A stretch of DNA of 28,663 nucleotides from Nanobdellota archaeon (GTDB lineage Archaea; Nanobdellota; Nanobdellia; Tiddalikarchaeales; Tiddalikarchaeaceae), in NCBI GenBank assembly GCA_016931175.1, contig JAFGFH010000017.1, positions 1-28,663 of the forward strand, in the 5' to 3' direction. The notes under the pieces were generated by a model, which was given only the letters and a program-made list of their open reading frames with translations, did no database searches and had not been told where the DNA came from. Below are positions 16,395 through 24,588 of this stretch, piece by piece. Position 1 is the first letter of the stretch. Each line of letters starts with the position of its first letter. A program made the position numbers and the translations under genes.

Positions 16395-18114
16395 TTCTTC
16401 TAACTCCAGCAGCAATTGACTCTTCCTTCTTTATCCTGAAGCTGCCGAGCTCCTTCGTGTTACTCACGTGCGGTCCTCCGCAAACTTCCTTGCTGAAATC
16501 CCCAATAGAGTACACGAATACTTTATCCTTGTATTTGCCTTCGAACTCTGCCTGAGCGCCTGCCTTCTTAGCCTCTTCAAATGTCATCTCTTCTTTTTTT
16601 ACTGGAAGCGCTTTCTTTATCTGTTCGTTAACCAAGTCTTCTACTTTTTTCAACTCGTCAGGCTCGAGTTTCCTATCAAACTTGAAATCAAACCTTAAAC
16701 GTTCAGCTGTGATATTGCTGCCCCTCTGGCGAACATCACTTTTTAAAACCCTCCTCAACGCTTCAAGCAGTAAGTGAGTTGCAGTGTGCAACTTTTTTGT
16801 CTCTTCGCTGTTATCCGCAAGCCCGCCTTTGAACAATTTATCCGCGCCTGCCTTGCTTAATTCCTGGTGCTTTGCTAACTCGTTCTCAAAGCCCGTAATG
16901 TCTGCTCCAACATCGTTATTCTTCGCCTCCTCTATTATCATTTCAATAGGAAAGCCGAAGGATTGGTATAATAGGAATGCGTCTTCTCCAGTTAACTCGC
17001 ACTTGTCTTTAATTAATTGATTAAACTTAGATAAACCCTTGCTTAAAGTGTTATAAAAATTGTCAACCTCTTTATTTAATTGCTTGATTATAAAATCCTT
17101 CTTACTCTCTAAGTTTGCGTATCTTTCCTTGTACATTTTTATGACTTCTTTGCTGACATCACTAATTTTTTTCTTGTCAATGTTTAATTTCTCTAAATAC
17201 CTCACTGCTCTCCTGATTAATCTTCGGAGCACGTATCCTTGCCCTGATTTGCCTGGCAATACTCCTTTCTCATCACCTAACATCATTGTTGCTGCCTTAA
17301 TGTGGTCAACGATTATTCTCGCACTAATATTATTTGAATCCTGTTCTAATACTTTAAATAAAGGAGTGAACAGTTCTGTCTCGTAAACGCTCTTCTTGCC
17401 CTGCATCATGGTTGTTGTTCTTTCAACACCCATTCCGGTGTCAATGTTCTTCTGCTTTAACTCCTCGTACTTGCCGTCTTTTGTCTTATTATACTGCATG
17501 AAGACGTTGTTCCATATCTCAACAAATCTCGCGCACTTGCATCCCGGCTTGCAATCCTTTGAACATGCGGTTTTGCCGGTGTCTACGAAGATTTCACTGT
17601 CCGGCCCGCAAGGCCCAGTCTCTCCTGCAGGACCCCACCAGTTATCTTCTTTCGGCAGGTAATGAATTTGGGAACCTGGGAGTCCAAGACTCTTCCATAT
17701 CTTCGCTGATTCTTCATCCCTTGGCGCGTCATTGTCGCCTGCGAAGACTGTAACGTGCAGTTTGGATTTATCCAGTTTTAATTCATTAGTTAAGAACTCG
17801 TAACTCCAAGTCAAGCTCTCCTTCTTGAAGTAGTCGCCTAAGCTCCAGTTGCCAAGCATTTCAAAAAAAGTTGAGTGAGTATTGTCTCCAACGTCTTCAA
17901 TATCTCCTGTGCGGATGCATTTCTGCACATCTGCTAGTCTCTTGCCTCCAGGGTGAGCTTGGCCTAATAAGTAAGGAACTAAAGGGTGCATTCCCGCAGT
18001 TGTGAACAATACAGTAGGGTCGTTCTCTGGTATTAAAGGAGCACTTCTTATTATAGTATGTTCTCTTTTTTTGAAAAACTCCAAATACTTCTTTATGAGC
18101 TCTTCCGCTTTCAT
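16375..18114 (-). CDS. alaS: Alanyl-tRNA synthetase, short bacterial-type form
   Basis: 579 aa. The N-terminus FFKKREHTIIRSAPLIPENDPTVLFTTAGMHPL, then FFEMLGNWS, FVEIWNNVFMQYN and DTGMGVERT, match bacterial AlaRS. Editing-domain motifs HTATHLL and CGGPHV are present. There is no C-Ala/DHHA1-like C-terminal domain. Confidence 0.9.
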   Translation of the reverse strand: MKAEELIKKYLEFFKKREHTIIRSAPLIPENDPTVLFTTAGMHPLVPYLLGQAHPGGKRLADVQKCIRTGDIEDVGDNTHSTFFEMLGNWSLGDYFKKESLTWSYEFLTNELKLDKSKLHVTVFAGDNDAPRDEESAKIWKSLGLPGSQIHYLPKEDNWWGPAGETGPCGPDSEIFVDTGKTACSKDCKPGCKCARFVEIWNNVFMQYNKTKDGKYEELKQKNIDTGMGVERTTTMMQGKKSVYETELFTPLFKVLEQDSNNISARIIVDHIKAATMMLGDEKGVLPGKSGQGYVLRRLIRRAVRYLEKLNIDKKKISDVSKEVIKMYKERYANLESKKDFIIKQLNKEVDNFYNTLSKGLSKFNQLIKDKCELTGEDAFLLYQSFGFPIEMIIEEAKNNDVGADITGFENELAKHQELSKAGADKLFKGGLADNSEETKKLHTATHLLLEALRRVLKSDVRQRGSNITAERLRFDFKFDRKLEPDELKKVEDLVNEQIKKALPVKKEEMTFEEAKKAGAQAEFEGKYKDKVFVYSIGDFSKEVCGGPHVSNTKELGSFRIKKEESIAAGVRRIKAVLE

Positions 18115-18195
18115 ATTTAATAATTGGAATCATTGAAGGGCTTTTATTCTTTTCTATAGAAAGAATTAAAACAAGAAACAGTATCTATTAATTTC

Positions 18196-18573
18196 ATGCC
18201 TCACCAGTGTGTTCGATGCGGTAAATTGTACGTTGACGGGAGCAAGGAATTATTACTGGGCTGTCCTGACTGCAAAGGCAAGTTCTTCTTCTACATCCGC
18301 GAGGCTAAGCTTGAGGAGCAGAAGCAGATACGGGAGGACATCAAAAAGGAGGACTTGGCTAAGATGGAGAAGGACGTCAGGAGTATGATGCCTAAGGTTA
18401 AGAAGGACGAGCCTGTAGTATTGGACTTGGAGACTATTCGAGTTATTGGTCCTGGCAAGTACGAGATTGACGTCGGCAGCTTGATGAGAGGAAGCCCTAT
18501 TATTATACAAGTAGGCGACGGCAAGTATTATATTGACCTGTTCACTGCGATGAACCGAAAGGACAAGAAGTGA
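18196..18573 (+). CDS. Zn-ribbon protein, DUF2072/COG3364-like
   Basis: 125 aa. The N-terminus MPHQCVRCGKLYVDGSKELLLGCPDCKGKFFFY is a CxxC...CxxC ribbon, followed by a charged linker and a C-terminal domain. ATTAAAAC at 18165-18172 (-31..-24). The family assignment is from memory. Confidence 0.6.
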   Translation: MPHQCVRCGKLYVDGSKELLLGCPDCKGKFFFYIREAKLEEQKQIREDIKKEDLAKMEKDVRSMMPKVKKDEPVVLDLETIRVIGPGKYEIDVGSLMRGSPIIIQVGDGKYYIDLFTAMNRKDKK

Positions 18574-18577
18574 AAGT

Positions 18578-18585
18578 TTTAAAAA
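18578..18585 (+). promoter_or_regulatory. TATA box (TTTAAAAA) upstream of tRNA-Gln
   Basis: Located -37..-30 relative to the mature tRNA 5' end, consistent with a short leader removed by RNase P. Confidence 0.45.
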
Positions 18586-18614
18586 ACAATAATCTACTAT
18601 TATTAATTTATCCC

Positions 18615-18687
18615 AGCCCCGTAGTCTAGCGGTCAAGGACAACTGGCTCTGAACCAGTCAACCCAGGTTCGAATCCTGGCGGGGCTA
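18615..18687 (+). tRNA. tRNA-Gln (anticodon CUG)
   Basis: Folded by hand. Acceptor AGCCCCG/CGGGGCT with A1:U72, D stem GTCT/GGAC, anticodon stem ACTGG/CCAGT, loop CT-CTG-AA (anticodon at 18649-18651), T arm CCAGG-TTCGAAT-CCTGG, discriminator A. 73 nt, no encoded CCA, no intron. Confidence 0.93.
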
Positions 18688-18693
18688 TTAATC

Positions 18694-18701
18694 TTTTTTT
18701 T
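18694..18701 (+). terminator. T8 run after tRNA-Gln
   Basis: TTTTTTTT lies 7 nt downstream of the discriminator base. Confidence 0.45.
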
Positions 18702-18751
18702 ATTAATTAAAAAGAAATATTTATAATCTTGTTCATTTAGTTATTCTCTTT

Positions 18752-19045
18752 ATGAGTTTAGAGCAGGTTTCTAAAACAAGTTTAAGCAGTGAAGAGATTA
18801 GTTTAATCAAGGAATTAGGCGCTGAGAAAGCCTTTGAGATATATATAGAAAACCGGGTTAAAAAAGAGATTGAGTATTATATGAGAATGAATATTGATGC
18901 GATTAGAGAACAAAGATTTTGGGACATGGAAAAGTATAATAAGATTCTTATAGACCAATCTAAAATGAGGGCAACTATTAAGGTTAGAGAATTAGAAAGG
19001 TTGTTCTTGTATAAAAAGTTAGAGAAGAATTTAAAGGCACAATAA
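18752..19045 (+). CDS. Hypothetical small charged, probably helical protein (97 aa)
   Basis: Intact ORF, no motif recognised. Confidence 0.45.
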   Translation: MSLEQVSKTSLSSEEISLIKELGAEKAFEIYIENRVKKEIEYYMRMNIDAIREQRFWDMEKYNKILIDQSKMRATIKVRELERLFLYKKLEKNLKAQ

Positions 19046-19047
19046 TT

Positions 19048-20010
19048 TTACTCGCAAGCTGCGTAGTTGCCGTAATCGTAAGGCCAGCCCCTCATCATTG
19101 GGCAAACGTTCTGCAAAACTATTGGTTCAAGGAAGGGTTTCATGAATCCCGGAGTAGCTTCAGGAACTAAAGGCATGTTAACTAATAACGTGCAGTCCTC
19201 TCTCCCCTCACAACTTGCAGGGTCAGCGCCTTCAGCCATTGCGCAATCCCTGTAATCCAAGCAGATTCGCATAAGTTTAGCTCTTCTCTCGCAGTCACTC
19301 CTTATTGAAATGTAATTAATACTGCTGCAGTCGCAGTTATAAGGGTCCTGGAAACAAGTTGCTACTGAACTCATAGCAGTCCCGACTGCTTGCGCTCTCA
19401 TCATCTCCTGCCTGAACTCAACCAATGGCCTGATAAGAGGTTCTAGGAATACTCTAACCCATGAAGGCGTCCACGAAGGTAATACTTCAATATCCTGCGC
19501 TTCAAGCATGTTGCACGCTTCAAGGTCGTAATCATCAAGGCAAGCCTTTTGCTTGTTAACGTAATTCTGGCAGAACTCATCAACCCCACCAGGGAATTGG
19601 CTGCAGTCGCACCCGCCTTCTAAGTTTACGCATTCCTTAATATTAGGAATATCACTTCTTATCCTCTCCTCTATTATTGCACGCATAGTATCTCCTGCTT
19701 CTGCTGGCAAACCTGCTTGTACAGCAATCTGAGTAAGGTCAAGTTCAGCGCATGACGGGCTGCTTAAGTCAAGCAGGCAAGTATTCGCGAAGCTCTTCTG
19801 CTCTTCGCAGAACTGAACAGCTTGAACGTAACTGTTATAATTAGAATCGCTCTCATCAACGCTGCTGAGAAAGACATTACAATCGCATTCTCCTGTCTTG
19901 AAAACGCAGTCCCTGACAAAACCCATAACATCTGCCGGGTTCTGCGCATCAAATGCGAATACTATTGAAAAATTCAATACTATTATTAAAATTGCTAAAA
20001 AATTCTTCAT
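19048..20010 (-). CDS. Secreted cysteine-rich protein with three 6-Cys modules
   Basis: 320 aa. Signal peptide MKNFLAILIIVLNFSIVFA. 22 Cys. Three modules of C-x6-C-D-C-x(10-23)-C-x9-C-x(5-8)-C: DCVFKTGECDC..., ECVNLEGGCDC..., TCFQDPYNCDC.... The FLEP(L/I) motif is duplicated. Confidence 0.75.
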   Translation of the reverse strand: MKNFLAILIIVLNFSIVFAFDAQNPADVMGFVRDCVFKTGECDCNVFLSSVDESDSNYNSYVQAVQFCEEQKSFANTCLLDLSSPSCAELDLTQIAVQAGLPAEAGDTMRAIIEERIRSDIPNIKECVNLEGGCDCSQFPGGVDEFCQNYVNKQKACLDDYDLEACNMLEAQDIEVLPSWTPSWVRVFLEPLIRPLVEFRQEMMRAQAVGTAMSSVATCFQDPYNCDCSSINYISIRSDCERRAKLMRICLDYRDCAMAEGADPASCEGREDCTLLVNMPLVPEATPGFMKPFLEPIVLQNVCPMMRGWPYDYGNYAACE

Positions 20011-20013
20011 CTT

Positions 20014-20583
20014 CTAAAATATGAAAGGGATTAACCTCTTCGTCTTCTTCATGTAAGCCTTGTAACCCTTCAAGCCGTCGCTTAATACCTTCTCCTCATA
20101 CCTTATCTTGAATCCAACCAGAACTGCGTAAGGTATGAACCATAAATAAGCGAACAATGCTCCTCCTGCTAGCGGCAAAGCTATCATTAATAACAAACTG
20201 GCTAAATCCATTGGGTGCCTGATGTAAGCGTAGATTCCAGTATCTATGAGTTTATGCCTCTTTTTAACCTCTATCTTAGGGCTGTAATACTCGCCTAATT
20301 CCTTGTTAGCAGTGAATGTTATTACTAATACTACTATAATAACCACTAATCCAATGTAATTATTAACATTTACAGGCATTTCGAAAAGAATTGTTTCAAG
20401 TATTACTGTAAATATCATGAACAATTGAGTAAGCAATACTGAGAGTGTTGTCCAATGCGTTCCTTTCTTCTCGCTGAACTTATCGCTTGTTAAAGAATTT
20501 CTTGAAATTATAGTAACCGCTTGAAGCAATAGTATTGATACAATAACGTATAAGAATCTCGCATTATCAACCAGGTTAACCAT
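20014..20583 (-). CDS. Isoprenylcysteine carboxyl methyltransferase (ICMT)/phospholipid methyltransferase-family membrane protein
   Basis: 189 aa, multi-pass hydrophobic. The C-terminal signature is LIDTGIYAYIRHPMDLASLL ... YEEKVLSDGLKGYKAYMKKTKRLIPFIF. Confidence 0.8.
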   Translation of the reverse strand: MVNLVDNARFLYVIVSILLLQAVTIISRNSLTSDKFSEKKGTHWTTLSVLLTQLFMIFTVILETILFEMPVNVNNYIGLVVIIVVLVITFTANKELGEYYSPKIEVKKRHKLIDTGIYAYIRHPMDLASLLLMIALPLAGGALFAYLWFIPYAVLVGFKIRYEEKVLSDGLKGYKAYMKKTKRLIPFIF

Positions 20584-20606
20584 AAGAAAATGAAACGATT
20601 GATTAT

Positions 20607-22046
20607 TTAATAAGATTTTGCTATAAACAATTCCTCATGACTTGGCTTACTGCAGGCGCAGCAGCAGCCGCTGCTCTGCAGTTCAACGCTTGTCCCGAAT
20701 CCTTCATAACCTTCTCCTACACTCACGAGTTCGTCGTAGCATTTCTTTTCCCCGCACCAGTACATCTTAGCAACCTGCTTGTCTTCAACAACTTTGGTTA
20801 TTTCATTCTTTTTAGTTACGAATCTTATGCTGTTCTGAAGCCTCTTATTCGCCTTGCTAAGCATAGATTTTTGAATCTCTTCCAAGACTTTATCCAATTT
20901 TTTAAGCTCGCTCATCTTCATACTCTTCTTCTTAGCATCAAATCTGGTGTAAACCATTACCTGCTTTTTTTCAACATCCTTGGGTCCTATTTCTATTCTT
21001 ACCGGAACTCCTTTAACCTCCCAGTCATTAAATTTTCTTCCCGGAGTAATATCGCGAGCGTCTAAATAATACCTGATCTTCAAATCATCCAATACTGCTT
21101 TTATCTTATCAACTGTTTTGTAAACCTTTTCTTCCTTGCCTTTGAATATTATTGGAACAATAACTATTTGTATTGGAGCAACCCTTGGGGGCAGCACTAA
21201 TCCCTTGTTATCGCCGTGCTCGCTTATCGCTGCTGCCAGGAACCTTCCGCCGTTGCCTGTGCATATCATCCAAGCAAACTCTTCACTCCCGTTTTCTTTC
21301 TTATACTTGATATTAAACTTTTTAGAGTAAGCCTGGCCTAAGTTGTTAGCGCTGCCGTTCTCCATAACCTTGCCGTCAGGCATTAGACTGTAATACTCGT
21401 ATGCGCCTACTGCTCCTGGGAAACACTCCCATAAAGGTTTGTTAACCCTGAATACTGGCAGTGCAAGCATCTCCTCGTATAAGTAATCCATGAATTTAAC
21501 ATGAGAATCTAACTCCCTAACTGCTTCTTCCTTAGTAGCGTGGGCGGTGTGAATCTCAAACCAGTTCGTTATCTCCCTGTCCCTGATTAAAGGCCTAGTC
21601 TGCTTAGTCTCATACCTGAAACTGCTTACTGTTTCGTACATTCTTATAGGCAAATCATTCCTGGTTCTAACCCATTGAGAGTATAAGGGGTAAATCGCTG
21701 GTTCCCCTGTTGGCCTCAGCGCGCCTTGAACCTTATTGTCGCTGCCTGCAATAACCTTGTAACCTTCATCTTTGAAACCCTCCCACCAAGCCTCGTTCAT
21801 CTCACAGTAATGCAAAGGAACTATTTGAGGGAAGTAAACCTCTTGCAAACCGTTGTTCTGGAATAACTCATCCCACTTGTGCTGCAAGAACCTCATTATC
21901 TTCAAACCATAAGGCAGCCAGACGAACATGCCTTTCATATCATAACTCATGTCAAGTATTCCAGCAGCTGATAAGACTTGATTATACCACTCGCTGAAGT
22001 TACTCTTATCACTTATCTTTTCATAAGTGCTGTCCTCCTTAACCAT
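20607..22046 (-). CDS. proS: Prolyl-tRNA synthetase, archaeal/eukaryotic type
   Basis: 479 aa. The N-terminus FSEWYNQVLSAAGILDMSYDMKGMFVWLPYG, class II core, anticodon-binding domain, C-terminal Cys-containing domain and terminal Tyr (...FIAKSY*) fit this type. Palindromic TTTATAAA at 22070-22077 (-31..-24). Confidence 0.93.
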   Translation of the reverse strand: MVKEDSTYEKISDKSNFSEWYNQVLSAAGILDMSYDMKGMFVWLPYGLKIMRFLQHKWDELFQNNGLQEVYFPQIVPLHYCEMNEAWWEGFKDEGYKVIAGSDNKVQGALRPTGEPAIYPLYSQWVRTRNDLPIRMYETVSSFRYETKQTRPLIRDREITNWFEIHTAHATKEEAVRELDSHVKFMDYLYEEMLALPVFRVNKPLWECFPGAVGAYEYYSLMPDGKVMENGSANNLGQAYSKKFNIKYKKENGSEEFAWMICTGNGGRFLAAAISEHGDNKGLVLPPRVAPIQIVIVPIIFKGKEEKVYKTVDKIKAVLDDLKIRYYLDARDITPGRKFNDWEVKGVPVRIEIGPKDVEKKQVMVYTRFDAKKKSMKMSELKKLDKVLEEIQKSMLSKANKRLQNSIRFVTKKNEITKVVEDKQVAKMYWCGEKKCYDELVSVGEGYEGFGTSVELQSSGCCCACSKPSHEELFIAKSY

Positions 22047-22087
22047 AATACGAGTATTAAAACGAGGAGTTTATAAAAGTATTTGCC

Positions 22088-22675
22088 TTAATTTAATTTC
22101 GCTATTTTCTTGCCATCCAAGTTGTAAACCAAGCACTCTTTAATCAATTCATTATTGAACACGAAGCCTAACAATAAGTGTTTCTCTTTAATATCAGGAC
22201 CGCCTACTTTAGAATTAAAGGGGGGTATTATTGTGAAATTCCTGCCGTCCTTTAACACTCCTTTCAAAAAAACAGGCTTATTGTCAAGAAAAGAGTGAGT
22301 ATGCGCCATTACCAGGTTCTTCTGAGGCAGTTTGAAATCAAATTCTCCGTGGCAGAATACGTAATTATTGGTGGTTAAGTATAAAGGGAATATGTCCGGG
22401 TCGTGGTTTCCCATAATAATCTTAGTATTAACTATTTTTGAAATTTCAGCCTCGAAGAGTTCAACACTTGCTCCGCCAGTGCCGAAATCAAAGATGTCTC
22501 CTGCTATTAATAAAATGTCAGGTTTGTGTTTCTTAACCAAGGATTTTGTCTTATCAATCAATGAGTATACAACATCATCCTCATCTTTTAAATGAAGATC
22601 TGCTATTACAAGAATCTTAACACCCTCATCCTTAACCAGTAAAGCCCTGGCGCCTGGAATTATATCTTCACTCAT
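22088..22675 (-). CDS. ICC/PdeM-like metallophosphoesterase
   Basis: 195 aa. ILVIADLHL, LLIAGDIFD, MGNHD and MAHTHS in canonical order. The N-terminal 'ALLVKDEGVKILVIADLHL' resembles COG1407-type phosphoesterases. Confidence 0.75.
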   Translation of the reverse strand: MSEDIIPGARALLVKDEGVKILVIADLHLKDEDDVVYSLIDKTKSLVKKHKPDILLIAGDIFDFGTGGASVELFEAEISKIVNTKIIMGNHDPDIFPLYLTTNNYVFCHGEFDFKLPQKNLVMAHTHSFLDNKPVFLKGVLKDGRNFTIIPPFNSKVGGPDIKEKHLLLGFVFNNELIKECLVYNLDGKKIAKLN

Positions 22676-22702
22676 AATAAGTATTTCATTAAAGAAATAT
22701 TT

Positions 22703-24064
22703 ATGAATATTACGATAATCAATTATTTGATGAGTGAAGAGTATGACGTTATAATGGTAGGTGCGAGCTTAACCGGGCTTTGCATGACTAATTATTTAGC
22801 AAACAAGGGTTTAAGGATTTTATTAATTGATTTAAAAAGTATTAAAAGGATAGGTGAAGGAGTTAGCGGGAAAATACTTTCTGAAGAAGCCGTATTATTT
22901 CTCAAGAACGCTTTCAACATAAGAATACCTGCCAAGTTTATAAACAAGGAAGTTAACAACACCAGTATTGGTTCAATAAACAATGTTAAAATGGAAGTTA
23001 GCAACCACTATTACATAATTGACAAGAAATTATTCTCAACATACCTTCTTGGTAAAATAATAGACTATGAGAACGTTAACGTTCTTGAAAGGTGCATGAT
23101 TACTGAAGTTATTGAAGAAGGCAGGAGTTTTTCAGGAATCACTATTAAGAACTTGGCAAGAGGAACTTTATCTGATTTCAGGGGAAAGATTATAGTTGAT
23201 GCCAGCGGTTCAACAGCTGTTCTAAGAAGAAAAATCCCTCACAACAGGTTTTTCGAAAAAGACTTGCACGACTTTGACAGAGCAGTTATTCAAGAAGAGC
23301 TTCTTGAAACAAGCGAGAAGATTTCAAACCCTAAGATAATATTTGACCCTTCAAAGATTAATGCGGGAAACATTTGGGTAGTCAGTGAAGGGGATAACAG
23401 GATTAGTATTAGCATGGAGGTTCCTGGAAAGTCTGAAATGTCAAAGAAAGATTTTGAAGATTATAAGAACTTGTTAATTAACAATAAAGAGGCGAAGCTG
23501 TTATCCAGCAGGACTGGATTAATATCTATCAGGAGGCCTTTGAATAGTTTCGTGTTCAAAAACGCTTTATTGGTTGGAAGCAGTGCTTGCCAGGTTAATC
23601 CTCTTATAACAAGGGATATTAGTTTTGGCATAAGAGGCGCTTATTATGCAAGCAAGGCAATACTTTCAGCAATGAAAAAAGAAGTCATAAGCACTGAAAC
23701 TTTATGGAGTTATAATATCAGCTACATGAGAGAGTACGGGTGGAAGAATGCTACTCTTGAATGCGTCAGGGACTTCTTTGCAAGCTTAAGCACTGAAACG
23801 CTTGACTTCATTATTGATAATAGAATAGTGCCTCCTAACCTTCTTGAGAGTTTAGAAGGCAGGCTTAAGAAGAGAGAACTCTTATTCAACAATGCTAAAC
23901 TTTTCTTGAAGCCTAGATTGTTGAACAAGTTTGTTAAATTATCCGATTACTCTAAGCATATGAAGTTCTTATATGATAATTATCCTGATTATGACGAGTT
24001 TGAGAATTGGAAGAAGAAGCTTAACAACGAGTTAAGGATAATAAGAGAATCATTCCTTGTTTAA
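22703..24064 (+). CDS. FAD-dependent oxidoreductase, geranylgeranyl reductase-like
   Basis: The N-terminal Rossmann segment YDVIMVGASLTGLCMTNYLANKGLRILLIDLK has a degenerate GxGxxG (GASLTG), and IIVDASGSTAVLRR follows. ATG 22730 (MSEEYDVIMVG) is an equally plausible start. Confidence 0.6.
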   Translation: MNITIINYLMSEEYDVIMVGASLTGLCMTNYLANKGLRILLIDLKSIKRIGEGVSGKILSEEAVLFLKNAFNIRIPAKFINKEVNNTSIGSINNVKMEVSNHYYIIDKKLFSTYLLGKIIDYENVNVLERCMITEVIEEGRSFSGITIKNLARGTLSDFRGKIIVDASGSTAVLRRKIPHNRFFEKDLHDFDRAVIQEELLETSEKISNPKIIFDPSKINAGNIWVVSEGDNRISISMEVPGKSEMSKKDFEDYKNLLINNKEAKLLSSRTGLISIRRPLNSFVFKNALLVGSSACQVNPLITRDISFGIRGAYYASKAILSAMKKEVISTETLWSYNISYMREYGWKNATLECVRDFFASLSTETLDFIIDNRIVPPNLLESLEGRLKKRELLFNNAKLFLKPRLLNKFVKLSDYSKHMKFLYDNYPDYDEFENWKKKLNNELRIIRESFLV

Positions 24065-24214
24065 TCTCTTTAAAACCTCAAACGTTTCCTCGCAAACGTC
24101 GCACTTGAATCTTTCAATAAGGTCGAAGCATAACTCTTCTTTAGCGCTGTAATCATCCTGCAGAGCAACAAGCCCCATAGAAACCATGTTATTGCCGCAC
24201 TTAGAGCACTTCAT
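24050..24214 (-). CDS. Unlisted small Zn-ribbon protein (54 aa)
   Basis: MKCSKCGNNMVSMGLVALQDDYSAKEELCFDLIERFKCDVCEETFEVLKRLNKE*. The CxxC...CxxC pair fills the 24065-24262 gap. It overlaps the convergent upstream gene by 15 nt. Confidence 0.4.
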   Translation of the reverse strand: MKCSKCGNNMVSMGLVALQDDYSAKEELCFDLIERFKCDVCEETFEVLKRLNKE

Positions 24215-24262
24215 TCCGAATTATAAAAAAGCAATCTGCGTTTTTAAATATTACTCACTACT

Positions 24263-24532
24263 TCAAAGTTTAAATCTTTTACTTCCTGAGTATAAACCAA
24301 TCACTGCTCTTACAATTCCTTCCCTTGGAATAACACTCTTATCTATCTTTACAATGCCATTCTCATTAGTTAAACCCAGGTTTAAATCATCTAAGAATAC
24401 TTTAACCCCTTTAACTCCTTCTTTTTCAGAATCTGTTACTTTAAAGATTACAGAATCCTTAACCTTCTTGAAACTAATAAACAATTGGCTTTCTTCACTT
24501 AAAGACTCATTCAAATCTATGAATATACCCAT
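24263..24532 (-). CDS. Small beta-rich protein, CarboxypepD_reg/Ig-like fold candidate (89 aa)
   Basis: VIFKVTDSEKEGVKGVKVFLDDLNLGLTNENGIVKI resembles carboxypeptidase-regulatory-like domains. I prefer it over the overlapping plus ORF 24186..24545, whose L/S/P/F-rich product looks like an antisense artefact. TTTATAAA at 24557-24564 is at -32..-25. Confidence 0.45.
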   Translation of the reverse strand: MGIFIDLNESLSEESQLFISFKKVKDSVIFKVTDSEKEGVKGVKVFLDDLNLGLTNENGIVKIDKSVIPREGIVRAVIGLYSGSKRFKL

Positions 24533-24556
24533 GTTTTATTTCTAATACTGCGAGTA

Positions 24557-24564
24557 TTTATAAA
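24557..24564. promoter_or_regulatory. Palindromic TATA box (TTTATAAA) shared by divergent genes
   Basis: It lies exactly -32..-25 from both the minus-strand start at 24532 and the plus-strand start at 24589. Confidence 0.5.
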
Positions 24565-24588
24565 TAATCTATTACTCTATTATTTGTC

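Noticed and set aside
16468-17753. Several 64-108-aa plus-strand ORFs inside alaS, and similar antisense ORFs in other long genes (3498..3722, 5454..5885, 7228..7794, 20637..21330, 27639..27950)
   Set aside because: All are antisense to genes with unambiguous family signatures, and their products are hydrophobic and low-complexity.
18253-18642. Two long minus-strand ORFs (129 aa and 77 aa) opposite the Zn-ribbon gene, one running into the tRNA-Gln
   Set aside because: The plus-strand gene has the CxxC...CxxC ribbon, a correctly placed TATA box and purine-rich aag/gag/gac codons that leave the antisense frames open. The 129-aa ORF would also overlap the tRNA gene.
24186-24545. 119-aa plus-strand ORF overlapping the 89-aa minus-strand ORF
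   Set aside because: Its product is L/S/P/F-rich with no charged periodicity, which is typical of antisense translation. The minus-strand ORF has a domain-like sequence and a TATA box at -32..-25. Confidence in either is modest.
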